A DNA stretch of 63,878 bases, counting the filler, from Octopus bimaculoides (Eukaryota), in assembly GCF_001194135.2 (NCBI RefSeq). It is 6 parts of 6 records of this genome, joined end to end, with 100 filler letters (N's around TTAATTAATTAA, not from the genome) between each part and the next. Parts side by side here need not be neighbours in the genome. Positions count along the whole stretch, not along the records: positions 1 to 28,355 come from NC_068985.1; 5 more parts are not named here. One strand, 5' to 3'. The position numbers and the translations under genes are program-made. Below, in pieces: positions 1-13,612 of the stretch (positions within the stretch are counted from its first letter, which is position 1; the number at the start of each line of letters is the position of its first letter). The notes under the pieces were generated by a model. The model did not search any database. It saw only the letters and a program-made list of their open reading frames with translations, and had not been told where the DNA came from.

Positions 1-166
1 CTGTGTCCTTATGTTTGCGAGGGGGAGGAGGATGTCTCCCCCTCGCAAACATAAGGACACAGTAATTGTGTCAAGGCCGACAAGAAGCGGTCCAGCTTCC
101 TAGGGCTAAACAACAGTAGTATATTCCCTTATTGGGATTGTCACATTGAGTTGACAATATACAACA

Positions 167-202
<36 letters not shown>

Positions 203-455
203 TATAATATGCCTATATGTGTGCATGTGTATGCGTGCATGCTAGTATACTTGTTTGTATACCCACCACTTGACAAACAATGTTCTTTTTTGCGTCTATT
301 TAATCGGTTTGATTAAAAAGATGATAGAATGCTTTAAAGAAATCGCTGCGGTCGATTTGACAGACAAAACTCTGACAAGACGTAACCCTCTGCATGGTCG
401 TGGTCAAATGATTAAAACAAGTAAAAAGACTAAAAGAAAATTACAATACTTGCGT

Positions 456-516
<61 letters not shown>

Positions 517-1104
517 TGTGTGTGAAACATCGAATATGAAGAATGTCAATTTTCCTAATTTGCATTTTATAGCGTATTACAAAACAGTTGACTTTGTGTC
601 TAGGTCGCAGTTTTTAGTCATTTACTCATTACTGGACCTGTTTGTCAGGAATAAGAATTTAGAATTTAGTAAAGTATCAAAATAGATAAAATTTTAAAAA
701 AGCATTCTTTTAACTGCAGAAATGCATTTCCCTGGTGCCTGTGCTTTTTTTTAATTATTTTTATCATTAATCTTTTCCTTTATAAATTGAATTTCTTTGT
801 AAAATATCAATACATTAAATTGAAAGTTTTAATGATTTAGATTTTGTTAAAGCTTTTGTAATTTTATTTATTTCTCTTGCAAACATTTTCTGTTTACTAA
901 ATTACAGTGGTTTGGTTTGACAAAAATAAATAAATAACTAGATAACAAATAAGCCGACTTGAGGGAAGAATTAAACAATATAGCTTCACAAAATGTCTGA
1001 AAAAAGTAAAGAAGAAAAGACCAAAAAATTCTTGGTTAACTATTTCGAAATGGCAAGGACGAAGATTATAATCTTGCTGCAGTTGTTAATGTGGCAATTA
1101 TTCA

Positions 1105-1189
1105 GTGATTCAGCAGCTTTTTAGTCATTGTCTGTGCACCAACATTGACTCTCTACACCGATATATTTTAAAATTGCTTGCTTATATAA
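1105..1189 (+). promoter_or_regulatory. Putative S-crystallin proximal promoter: ARE-like GTGATTCAGCA (1105-1115), AP-1-like TTAGTCA (1121-1127) and TGACTCT (1146-1152), TATA box TATATAA (1183-1189)
   Basis: Motifs read directly; the TATA box is ~130 bp upstream of the ATG at 1321. GTGATTCAGC fits the RTGAYnnnGC ARE consensus. AP-1/ARE elements are reported in squid S-crystallin promoters. Confidence 0.6.
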
Positions 1190-1320
1190 CAGGCTGAACA
1201 TTTAGAACCAGATGTTGTTTTATTTCTGCGCCGACATTGCAGGATACAAGCATCAATCGCTTTGAATTGACATCCATTCATTGGTAGCAACACTAACGAA
1301 AACTACACCAACTATCAACT

Positions 1321-1453
1321 ATGCCTTCCTACACTCTCTACTACTTCAACCATCGTGGCCGTGCAGAGATCTGTCGCATGCTGTTTGCAGCTGCTGGCGT
1401 CCAGTACAATGACCGCAGGATCGAGTCTTCCGAATGGAGGTCAATGAGAAGCA
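1321..1453 (+). CDS. S-crystallin (sigma-GST-derived lens crystallin) coding exon 1
   Basis: Translates [44 protein letters not shown]+A, the typical S-crystallin N-terminus with Y8, R14 and W39. Donor GTATGT at 1454, phase 1. Confidence 0.97.
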
Positions 1454-3109
1454 GTATGTACATTTAATCTATTGTTTCAGAACTAATTCTATCTTTTAAT
1501 TCGTATATTTGTGTGTAAGAAAAGGGTGAATACACTGTAGATAGCAGACGCAGGCATGGTTATGTGATTCCGAAATTTTCTCTACATCCACGTGTTTCAT
1601 GATTCAGCCTCACTCTGAGGCACATTGAGCATGGCAACTGTTTTCAATTATAGCTGCGGGCTGTTCAATACTACCTGTAGGGGAATTTGTAAGTTTGTAC
1701 ACGGATAATACGCGGAAGCCTACCATATACATGTGTGTTTGTGTGTACATATATAAATACATATGCATACATATATACATATGTACCTATACATAAACAT
1801 ATATATATTTATATATACAAATGAGTGTAGAGTCGCAATAGCCCAGTGAGAATTTCGAAAGATGAGAATTTCGAAAGTCTCGGTTTCCTTCGTATTTTTA
1901 TGATCCGATTTATTTAGAGTGATTATTACAGGTCAAATAAAAAGAAAACCGGAGTTTATGTAACCTGTAGGTTTACCAGTTTTGATTCACCCCTGTTTTT
2001 TATGATACATTTCCTCATTATGGAAATCTTACGCGTTTACTGAGTGTCTGGATGTGAAATAACTTTAAACTAGTGTCATTTTCAACGTAAAGCAAATACA
2101 CAGGGGACACAATCGGGACGGTAGATATCCGCACAGCCAAGTACAAGTGTAAATATGTGTTGTGTTCAGTTACAGGCCATGGTCGCATCACTTAAACAAT
2201 TTTATCGTAAATAGGAAGCAGAAATAGATACGAGTTCGCTTTGTAAATGCGGGCTTCGATTCAACCACTTCTGTGATGCTCTTAGCAAGTATCTTGTAGC
2301 ATTTCCTTGCGCCAACCAAAAAGTCAATTGAAGGCGTTTGGTTAAAAAAAAAAATAGTTGGAAATCTCGTTGCAAAGACTAATCCATGTGTTTTATGCCA
2401 TAAACTTAATCTGATGCCAGGTTTATTATCACTCTTTCAAGAATTTCGATTATTTTTCAAGAATTCCGACGAGATTACCTGCCTAAAAGAAATTACATCT
2501 CGAGTTACCACCAGCATTGGATGCTTTGAAGATAGTCAGTGTTTGCTACCCTTACTCCACTGAGTAAAGAATACAAACAGGACGTAATACTTACGTGATA
2601 CATTACCTATCAGAAAAAAAACAGAATCATTTCTTAAAACATTCCCTAATGTCTAAAAGAAACCTTGATGATTGTTTCTAGGTGAAGTCCTAATATAGTG
2701 ATTTATCTAAAAATGAAATAATCTTAAACGCTTTAGAACAAACGTTAACATAATATAAGCTTAAACAACTACCTCAGCGTCAATATTTACAAGAAAAGCA
2801 ATCACATAATATTTTATGTTCCATTATATTAGTATTTAATATCGATTGTGTCAGTAAGTGACTCTCAATATTGTCTTTAAATTTAGATTCTGTATTTACC
2901 TTTAGACGTTTAATTGTAATCAAATTAGATAATGAAATTAAATACTGGACAATATTATCATTATTATGTTGCAAATGAATAACTTCGCCGATCCAAAACT
3001 GTTAATAGAATAGCACATCATCATAGAGTACGATGAAAAGAATAAATTAATGTTTGTGGAAATGATAATCTAATATTGGCTTGAAAATTTGGCACATGGT
3101 CAGCGATTT

Positions 3110-3290
3110 TGCAGGGAGGAGATAAGTTGATTACATCGAAACCAGTGTTTAACTGGTACTTATTTTATCAACGTCCAAAGGTTGAAAGGAAAAGTCGATC
3201 TGGGCAGAATTGGAACGTAAAATGTAACGACGGACGAAATGCCGTAAAGCATTTAGCCCGGAGTGCTAACGGCTTTGCTAACTCGCCGCC
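3110..3290 (-). mobile_element. tRNA-derived SINE, family A (degenerate), intron 1
   Basis: Reverse complement resembles the 8186-8410 copy (GGCGGCGAGTTAGCAAAGCCGTTAGCAC... head). Confidence 0.6.
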
Positions 3291-4849
3291 TAATTATAAC
3301 CTGATAGCGCTTCAAACTTGGGCAGAGTGCGTTGATATATATATATATATTTATTTATATACATTTGTATAATCCAAGTTGAAGGAATGGATCAGATAAA
3401 ATCCAGGCTACATATTTTTCCTAGCTAGCAGAACCTTGGAAAGGATACTCCGTAACTAAGTTAAAAGAAACAAAAAAAAATCATAGCACCCCCAGTTCTT
3501 AACCGTGGACTATAAAATAACTTTAAGCAGCTTATCAAACTTCGATATGGGGAAAACACACAACCTTCTACGCCAATAAACTACTATTCCTGACAGTTGT
3601 TTGTATACTTTCTACAGACTGCTCGAATCTTATTAACTTCCTACACCTGGGAAATCGCATCTTACATTTATATATCATTATGCGCGCGTGTGTGTGTGTG
3701 TATTATTCCTTCAGTTCGAATGTAGCTATATATTGTTCGTTTTTGTTTTGTTATAATTACCGAAACACAAGAAACTCATATACATGAAATACTTCAGGTC
3801 ATAATTGTAAATATCTACGAACTCAGACATTACTATACCATTATCTACAATCATTTAAAAAAATTAAACACGTGGCTTTAGAGATACATTTTTTTTTTCT
3901 TTTCTAAAATTTTAACGACATGTTTCATGATGCTAATTTTCTCAGATTATCCAGGATCCAACCGCGGAACTTTGCACGTGCTCAAACAACTCACTAGAAA
4001 TAACTGCCAAATTTATCGCATATTCCACCTTGCTTCCTTATTTTGTCGTGTAATGTAAGAAGAAGGGATGCGATACCATGATCATAATGACACACACACA
4101 CGCACGCACGCACACGCACTTTTATGTGTTTGTATATAGTTGCGTATTTATGCTTGAGCATGTATGTTTATGTATGTATGTATGTATGTTATCAATCAGT
4201 TTCATTTCTGTATTTCTTGTCCATAGAGAAAGAGCCGGACTCTAACATAGATTCAAGGCTCCTTCATTGGAACTTTTATCAACATCATCTAGGTATTTGT
4301 GCATATGTGTGTGTGTGCAGTATTTGGTGTTAGTGTATGCGCAGATTTGTATGTTTGTTTTATGGATGCGTTTTTATGTCTAGATGCATNNNNNNNNNNN
4401 NNNNNNNNNNNNNNNNNNNNNNNNNNNNNNNNNNNNNNNNNNNNNNNNNNNNNNNNNNNNNNNNNNNNNNNNNNNNNNNNNNNNNNNNNNNNNNNNNNNN
4501 NNNNNNNNNNNNNNNNNNNNNNNNNNNNNNNNNNNNNNNNNNNNNNNNNNNNNNNNNNNNNNNNNNNNNNNNNNNNNNNNNNNNNNNNNNNNNNNNNNNN
4601 NNNNNNNNNNNNNNNNNNNNNNNNNNNNNNNNNNNNNNNNNNNNNNNNNNNNNNNNNNNNNNNNNNNNNNNNNNNNNNNNNNNNNNNNNNNNNNNNNNNN
4701 NNNNNNNNNNNNNNNNNNNNNNNNNNNNNNNNNNNNNNNNNNNNNNNNNNNNNNNNNNNNNNNNNNNNNNNNNNNNNNNNNNNNNNNNNNNNNNNNNNNN
4801 NNNNNNNNNNNNNNNNNNNNNTATATATATATATATATATATATATCAC

Positions 4850-5450
4850 TTTTTCGAAAAGCATTTTTATTCTCGTTCACGAGCAATGCACTAGAGGAAG
4901 AAATGCACAGAATAACGCAAACATCATTTCACAACGGATATTCTAAGAGACAAGTAGTTTTAGTGCGAGCGATAGAAGAATACCGACGCAAATATAATAT
5001 GATATTTACATTTGAGAATATACCTAATAAGAATACACCAGCCACAAGGAAGTTTTATCATATGAACCAAATGCATAAAAGCTACCAGACTGACGAATAT
5101 ACAATCGTAACCTTCATAGAACAGAACACGGAATGCATTACACATAAACTTAAAGTAATAACATATAACAAAAACACCGAAGTCAAAAACCTGCTTATCG
5201 ATAACACACTTAAAGCATGTAAAGCCGAGAACGAACTTTGAATGGTCAAAGCCATCTATAAAATTGGCTGTAAAACTAGATTCGCCATCAATAGGACTCT
5301 AGCTGTTACATTGGAAATACTATTACAACATAATCTCGGAGACATAGAAAGCATTTACAACAGGGAGCTATCGCAAACCGTTATACCATACACCACAAAA
5401 TTAATTTAGATAGAAAAATATTATAGGATAATACATATGTTATCTACAAA
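4850..5450 (+). mobile_element. Degenerate Penelope-like retroelement fragment (post-RT/linker region), intron 1
   Basis: ORF text EEEMHRITQTSFHNGY...FYHMNQMHKSYQTDE...KLKVITYNKNTEVKNLLIDN resembles the PLE RT C-terminus and linker as I recall it. Stops and a gap upstream. Confidence 0.5.
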
Positions 5451-6593
5451 ATTCAACACAAGAATAAAAGATTAATGATAGAAGCCTAAATCTTATAGCA
5501 ATAAAATGTCAAAATAATCATACAAATGATATACGCCACAAAATATTTACAAGTGGCTAAATATTTAAAAATCTAACGGCCAAATGTCTGGTTCATTTGA
5601 CGAAATCAACACATGACTGATGACGTATACGGTTAAAATACCCATGAATTCAACCACTGCAGCAGAAACAAAAGAGACTTCAAATATATGAATACTTACA
5701 AAACAGACTAAGATGGTCTGGAAATGTCAAATATGAATTTCGGAACTTCAGTATTTCGAGGTCTCTATAAAAGCAGAAAAGAAGAAGAAATGAAAAAAAA
5801 ACCTATGAAAATACGAACATTCCAAGTAAAGAAGATAAGATTTTAACATTTTTTAATGAAACGTATATAAATGAAACGTTATTCATCAAAATGCACAAAT
5901 ATATGTGCGTGTGTGTGTGTGCGCGTGCGTGTGTTAGTATGTATGTAGGTATGTATGTGTGTATGTATTATAAATATATATAGAGAGAGGGAGAAAAAGA
6001 GAAATACAAACAGAATGAGAAAGCTAGAGAGAGAGGGAGAGAGAGGGGAGAAAGAAAAGATAGAGTATTCATATTGGACGAGGTGCCGTTTTCAATCCTA
6101 TTGTTTGACTTCACAGACAAATATCATTTTCCGTAGCCTCGAATCAATCATACTTTGGGAGTGAAACTGGGTTGATGAAACGTGCATAGAAGCCCATTGG
6201 GCAGATTGGTACACTAATTGAAAATACTACAGCTTCAACATACGAAATGGTATAGCCATGTTAGCATATTAATTTGGTCTGAGAATTATATAAGCACTAC
6301 ACTTTTTTTATAGAGAGTTCGGCGTTAATTCAGGAGCAAGTAATTCACGTTCCTGAACAGCTCAATACTTATTGTTGAACGACGGAAGTCTTCTTTCTTC
6401 TCTACTACCTCAATTACCACTATCACACAACCAAAATGAAAATTATAAGAGCTAATATCAATCAGTAATCTAAACAGAATGTTATAGTCTAATCATGAAA
6501 ACAATTAAAAGATATGTAAATTTAAACATGTATTTTTCAGCTGACACATGCGATTATCGATTTCTATAAGAAACATTTATTTTTTGTTCTCAG

Positions 6594-6689
6594 ACATGCC
6601 CTGTTCTATGATGCCAATGTTAGAATTGGACAACAAAGTACAGATTCCTCAGAGTATGGCTATGGCTAGATTTTTGGCAAGAGAATTTG
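6594..6689 (+). CDS. S-crystallin coding exon 2
   Basis: Acceptor ttttgttctcAG; (N)[31 protein letters not shown](G), containing the GSH-site M-P and Q-S motifs. Donor GTAAGT at 6690; 96 nt, phase 1-1. Confidence 0.97.
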
Positions 6690-8185
6690 GTAAGTCTGAT
6701 TTCTTTTCACCTTTCTGTAAATTCTTTAAATGACGTATTTATATTTTTCTTTATTATTTTCACTAAAAAGCAAGCAAGCTGCAGAATGAGTAGAACGTCA
6801 GACAAAATATTATTAGCTGTTTCTTTCCATATTTTACGTTCTCAGTTCAATTCGCATGAAAAAAAAACCTACTCGTTAAGTACTAGGTCAATGGTATAAA
6901 CTAATGCCCGCTCTCAATATGACTAATATTAGGTAATCATTGCTACAGGTGCAAACTAAGTCTCAGTATATTCTACTGAATTTGAATATCTCCTTTGAAT
7001 ACTATCGACTGTAATCTTTCATGTGTTGGATAACATCGTACATATGTAAAAACCAATACTGTTATGACGAGCAACTGTTGCTGCATATAGAACCGATTCG
7101 GATATTAGCTATGTCTGTTGTAAAGATTGCCTCCACCGCTCTATTAGGCAGCGAAATGACATGCAGTTTTTTTCTCCACTTAGTGCCTATGGATAAAGTT
7201 TTATAGAGGGCAATATTGAAGAGACTAATGTTAGCCAGTTTTTCCTTCGGCAGAGCCTTAGACAACGTACGTCTCCGACTGCCTGATAGAGAAAAAGATA
7301 ATGATATCGAGTCGTGCTTCCTTTTATCCAATATATNNNNNNNNNNNNNNNNNNNNNNNNNNNNNNNNNNNNNNNNNNNNNNNNNNNNNNNNNNNNNNNN
7401 NNNNNNNNNNNNNNNNNNNNNNNNNNNNNNNNNNNNNNNNNNNNNNNNNNNNNNNNNNNNNNNNNNNNNNNATATGTGTACAGGAAGGAGGGTGAAAGTA
7501 TCGAATATAGACATGTGCCATAACTGAATATAGGGCGATTGTATCAATTATGATACGAACTGTCCTCAGTGTGAAGCAATATTAAAAATCAACCGATTGA
7601 TAGATAAAACTGCATGCTGGTCGATTTTACATCTCATGTATTCGAGGAAGGGCAAACTAACTACTAACAGTATATTATGATTCCATTGATGAATTGTAAC
7701 CTGAATGATTCTAAAACTATCCTTTAACATTAATTAAATATAGATCACAAAATATATGCCATTTAAACTTTGCATTATAACAACTTCGGTATTTTACTTC
7801 TAAAACATTGACAAACTTAAATCAAATGCTGGAAACATCGAAATAATAATACCGAACACAAAGACTTTTTATAGCACTCCTAATTCGTAGTTTTATTCTT
7901 CGGACATACAATATTTGAAGTCCTCGAAGACAGACGGGCAACTTGATTTATTATTATGTAACGTTTGACATAACCTCAAGGAGAAATAACTATATTTCCA
8001 TCGATTTGTGTCAAAGAATACAAGGTGAAACCTATCACAGAAATCTCTAAATTTATGCTGTGGATACTTGAAATTAATGTTTATTGCTTCACTGAGACTT
8101 AAATGCAAATTTTATATGAATACACATAATTATTATGTCAGTATCTATCAAGTGAAAATTTACGTTCAATACATACTTACTTCAG

Positions 8186-8410
8186 GGCGGTGAGCTGGCA
8201 GAATCGTTAGCACGCCGGACGAAATGCATCGTGATATTTCGTCTGCCGATACGTTCTGAGTTCAAATTCCACCGAAGTCGACTCTACCTTTCCTCCTTTC
8301 GGGGTCGATTAAACAAGTACGAGTTGCGCATTGGAGTCGACGTAATCGAATTAGTCCCTTTGTCCTTGTTTCCCCCCTCTATGTTTCGCTCCTAGTTGTC
8401 AATAAATAAA
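8186..8410 (+). mobile_element. tRNA-derived SINE, family A, intron 2
   Basis: Head GGCGGTGAGCTGGCAGAATCGTTAGC, B-box-like GAGTTCAAATTCC, body CCTTTCGGGGTCGAT, A-rich tail. Many homologues in this window. Confidence 0.8.
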
Positions 8411-8894
8411 TACACACATATTCTCTATCATTATTATTTAAGAAATATAATTTTAAAACTCTAGGTTAAAATAACATCAGACATAATTTCAATTTAAACG
8501 CGATTTTATTAGGTAAAAGCAATACATACCCCATATAAGGTTGATAAATATTTTGACTCCATATTAACATTAGTGTAATTTAACTTCTATACAACTCCAA
8601 TGCAAATACTGCTTCATTAGTAGTATTTTATTCTGGTGGGTCCTCCTAGCAATTCGATGTTTAAAAACTTGTCTTATAGATACTTCTATCAAAATTCCTG
8701 TTTTGTGTTTAACACATTAACTTGTGTAGGTTGAAATATGCAAAAAATTGGAGAAGGAAACCTTACTGTTTCTTGTAATACATACCAATACATACTATCT
8801 AAAGCAAAATATTTTTCAGGAACCCTTAAAATACTATTGTGAATCCCCAATTCACTACTTTGTGGTGTGGACCTCCCAAAATATTATATAGAGC

Positions 8895-8930
8895 CCCACG
8901 GGCCATATGGACCTCGGTTGTGAACCACTG
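8895..8930 (-). mobile_element. Possible hAT-type MITE end
   Basis: 8916-8930 reverse complement is CAGTGGTTCACAACC, similar to hAT/Charlie TIRs. Partner TIR not found. Confidence 0.35.
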
Positions 8931-10068
8931 ATTTAGGCAAACAAACATTTAGTAAAAGTAGTTCTAATAACTAGTTTGACTACCAAACTTTACCTGCTGT
9001 ACATAGAAGTGTTCCAGCCACAGGGAGCAGACATAAAACTAGCATTACTAATGACGATGACCAATAAGCTTTGTATTGATTCATGTGGATCATAGCTCAA
9101 CGAAGCCAGGCTTATTGCTTAATTCTTCTACTCATTCTTTTTTCTTCCTCTTTTTTGTTTGTATCCCATTTTCAATTTAACGAAATCCCGTTTAAATACA
9201 TAAATGAACGCTGCTGTCCTTATAATGTGCAAAATGCAAAGAAGAAAAGAGCGAAATGATCATTCTTTTGTTGTTATGGTAACTTCCATGAGGAAATATA
9301 AAACAAAAAAGAGATACTAGAAGACATTAAACGTGTAAAAAAATCAACATGTTTTTCAAACTCAAGATTCAAATCAAAAGCTTATTTAAAAGAAAATAAT
9401 GATAATCGTAATTATAATAATTAATAGTTGGTTTTATTATGAGAATGATAATTATGTTTGTCAATCGCAGATATACAAAGGCAGGAACACAAGTGCAAAA
9501 CAATATGGGAGAAATAGTACTCGAATACCAAGTATTCATGAAAACAGCTTTTATAATGAATTATATATATANNNNNNNNNNNNNNNNNNNNNNNNNNNNN
9601 NNNNNNNNNNNNNNNNNNNNNNNNNNNNNNNNNNNNNNNNNNNNNNNNNNNNNNNNNNNNNNNNNNNNNNNNNNNNNNNNNNNNNNNNNNNNNNNNNNNN
9701 NNNNNNNNNNNNNNNNNNNNNNNNNNNNNNNNNNNNNNNNNNNNNNNNNNNNNNNNNNNNNNNNNNNNNNNNNNNNNNNNNNNNNNNNNNNNNNNNNNNN
9801 NNNNNNNNNNNNNNNNNNNNNNNNNNNNNNNNNNNNNNNNNNNNNNNNNNNNNNNNNNNNNNNNNNNNNNNNNNNNNNNNNNNNNNNNNNNNNNNNNNNN
9901 NNNNNNNNNNNNNNNNNNNNNNNNNNNNNNNNNNNNNNNNNNNNNNNNNNNNNNNNNNNNNNNNNNNNNNNNNNNNNNNNNNNNNNNNNNNNNNNNNNNN
10001 NNNNNNNNNNNNNNNNNATATATATATATATATATACAATTTGTGATTTGTCTTATCTTTTCGAATAG

Positions 10069-10184
10069 GTTTCTATGGAAGAAGCAACATAGAAATGGCC
10101 AGAGTTGACTTCATCTCAGATTGCTTCTATGACATCTTGGATGACTATTTGAGGATGTATCATGACAAAGATGGAAAAATGATG
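10069..10184 (+). CDS. S-crystallin coding exon 3
   Basis: Acceptor cttttcgaatAG; (G)[38 protein letters not shown]. Donor GTGAGT at 10185; 116 nt, phase 1-0. Confidence 0.97.
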
Positions 10185-10804
10185 GTGAGTAATTCTGGAT
10201 ATAATTATAAATGTGTGTGTGAGAGTGCGCGTGAACAATTTATTTTGGAGCGTGGATCTCGAAGCAGATAAATCTATAACTATTGACTCGTAAATATTGG
10301 GCTAAAAATCCGTCTGGATAGAAAAGTTCGAAGTCTGCCCGTAGGATACACTGCTACATCTTCTGTAAATATGACAAGCGCTCTGAATCTGGACCTAAGT
10401 AGTCCTTTGAACGACATCATTCATTTCAGAGATTTTACTCTTACCAGCGAGAAATGTATACTATTGACGTAGTACTTACACGCTATTGTTTATAGTTTTA
10501 CCAGCTTCAAGTTCCACCGTTCCAAAAGAGAATTATTCACATTCTCTCAAAATTTATAAATGTTCATGACATTTTTCTATCCTCTTTTTTTTTTCTCTCA
10601 ATTCTTTTGGACACAGAACGTAGACTCGAAACGTCAAAGGCGTCTCCATTCTTCCGAGCGTTAAACTAATACTCTTGCTTATGGCTCGTTCACTTGTCTT
10701 CGTGTTTGATATATATATATATATATATATATATAAACAAATAGTAAATGAGTATATGCATATATACGTACAGGTATGTGCATACCGACATCCANNNNNN
10801 NNNN

Positions 10805-10836
<32 letters not shown>

Positions 10837-11995
10837 AAATAGTAAATGAGTATATGCATATATACGTACAGGTATGTGCATACCGACATCCACCTGTATG
10901 TATAGGTGCATATCTGGGTACAGGATATTGCAAACAAAACGTAGACAAGAAAACACACATATATATATGAACGATGCGTTTTAGCACAGAATTGTCTAAC
11001 AAAATGCAGTCACGTCGTATTTCTGAACTAGAAATAAAATCAAAAGCAGCTAAGAACCACCCAAACGAGAAATGGTATGTTATTGACCCTGGGACCACGT
11101 GATTTCGAAGTGATCTTCTCCGGGGCGATGTCTCATATTTTTTTTTCTTTAATTGAACTCAATTATTTATCCAAACTATAAACAAACAAGTACAATTTGA
11201 AAGGAGAGCTCATTTGGACAGCGAGTAGAGTACCATGTTATCAACCTGAAGCGTTAAAATAGCTGGTGGTTTTCGACCCAATTCTTAACCTTGCATCGGA
11301 TATGAACAAATCTCCGTGATGAGGCACATCCTTAGAGTGAGAACTCCTACTATCTACATGTGACTTGATACGGGTTCCTAAACCATAATATTTATTCCGG
11401 TTGGCGCTGCTAATCATCCATTTTATGCACTAATATTTTGTGTTATTATTTTCATAGTTATCTGTCACCAGTTGGATGTTATCAAACTATATATTATTTG
11501 AACGTCTGAGAGAGTTCAACGTGACGACTGTCGCTCTTACCGCTTTACTGCTTTGCAATCCAAATTCACATAGATAAGTTCACTTGATTAGACAAACATA
11601 ATTCGGAAACAAAACAGACGAAAATTACAAAAACACATAAAAAAAGTAAAAAGAAAAAAAAAAGAAAAAAAAATTAAATGTACAAATGCAACGAAAATAA
11701 CTGTCCCCTCATAAACAACAACGCAAAAATCTATCAACAAATATAAAGGTTGAAAGAAAAGACAAAAAGAAAAACTGTACAAAAATACTCACAAAATGAC
11801 TCTGTATCGGCGTAATGTAATAAAATATGAAAAATAAACATTTCCTTAGAGAGCAATAAAAGCTGAAATAATTTCTTTGGTTGCCACATAAAGGCATATT
11901 GCACTTAGATGAACATTGACAATATGGTGTCATGTGAGAAGAATAACGGAGTGTATAAAGGGCTATAAATATATCAGTTTGTCTCTGTGTCATGT

Positions 11996-12042
<47 letters not shown>

Positions 12043-12342
12043 TATACATACATATACACACATACATATTCAAATATATCCATCCATGTATATGTTCATA
12101 CATACACACACACACACACACATATGCCTATATATTCACGTCAATATATCTAACTATATATATATATGAGTGTGTGTGTGTGCATGTATGTATATACATA
12201 AGAGAAAATATATTATTTCCATATATATTATCTCATGCGTGATATAAAGCGTAATGTTATAATACAAAAATCGATACGAGTGTTTTCGTGTGTATGTCTC
12301 TCTGTCAATTTATGTGTGTGTGTATATATATGTATGTATGTA

Positions 12343-12400
<58 letters not shown>

Positions 12401-12913
12401 AGTAAATGTATGCGTTTATATTTACTCACACACACTCATGTATATATGTATTAATGTGTCTCTGTGTGTTTCTGTTTATCTATATGTATGTGTGTATATA
12501 TTCAGATATGATTATGACTTCTGCTGCAAATATAAATTTGCTCTTGTTTATTTCTATTCTTCTTTATATCTTTTTATCATGAAGTACATTCTATTTTGAA
12601 TGTAAGTAAACATATATAATTCGGTAAGCCTGGAAGATAATTTCTGCTGAGAGATCTACCAGCAATATTCTGAGGCTAAGTATGTGTGTTCCCTCCTAAA
12701 GGATCAGCATAAAACTGTATAGACGAATACATATACTGTTACACAAAAGTGTCACCGTATAAGATGGCACAGATATTACCTTATGTTGGACGGATTAGAT
12801 TTTTAGTTAAATGCTTTATATTTCAACCCAAGGTGCGCATATTGGCCGAAAACTATAGATTTAGATTGATCATAGCTCAGTAAGAGAAACTGTGTAAAAT
12901 TATGCGCTATAAA

Positions 12914-13071
12914 CAGTGCCGTCTTGGCAGCATTATGAGCCACCCTAGCAAATCAATGATTTTTGGACCCTATATAATTCATGTATAAGAGCAAGCCTCA
13001 AAATCAGAATTCGGGCCCTGAACCCGTTGGGATCCCTAGAAAATGTCAAGTGAGTCCATAAGACTGAACTG
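12914..13071. mobile_element. Possible ~158-bp hAT-like MITE, intron 3
   Basis: Imperfect TIRs CAGTGCCGTCTT / AAGACTGAACTG (10/12). Flanking 8-mers GCTATAAA / TTGATAAA may be a decayed TSD. Confidence 0.45.
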
Positions 13072-13612
13072 TTGATAAAGGACTGTCTTACTTCATGCAA
13101 GTTGGATTTAATCTTTCAATATGTTTATAGTTCCTATATAGGCCTTGTAACTTTTGGTTATCTTCAGTGCCTTCCATTTGAATGCAAGCGTTCGGAGATC
13201 AATTTTGTTTAAAGCAAATGATTTTTTTCATTATATTACTATTATTATTTCACTCAATTGAAATATATTTCTTCATCTCACCAAATTTAGTGTTGTAAAT
13301 CTCGCCTTAGTAAATAATGTATTTTTGTCTTTGTATGTCAAATCGTGAGTTTTATTTATTTTATATTCATTTCTTTTAAATTTACATATATTAGCTGCAT
13401 TACAAGCGCTTATGAAATCATAAGATAAAATGAAGCCAAAACAGTTACACAAGCACGCAAGCACNNNNNNNNNNCACACACACACACATTACACAAAAAC
13501 CCCCCACACAATAACATACACACTTAGAAACATAAACACGCGCTCACTCATATGTAACAAACGATATACGAAGCTAATTGTTTATATAATAGTATATAAT
13601 TCCTCTTTTCAG

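Noticed and set aside
993-1124. Short ORF MSEKSKEEKTKKFLVNYFEMARTKIIILL..., loosely like a GST N-terminus
   Set aside because: Only 43 aa, upstream of and overlapping the promoter motifs, with no splice continuation. The resemblance is probably chance.
5610-5660. CTGATGA followed by a CGTAT/ATAC stem, downstream of the intron 1 PLE remnant
   Set aside because: No GAAA or cleavage triplet in the right place; at best a decayed hammerhead.
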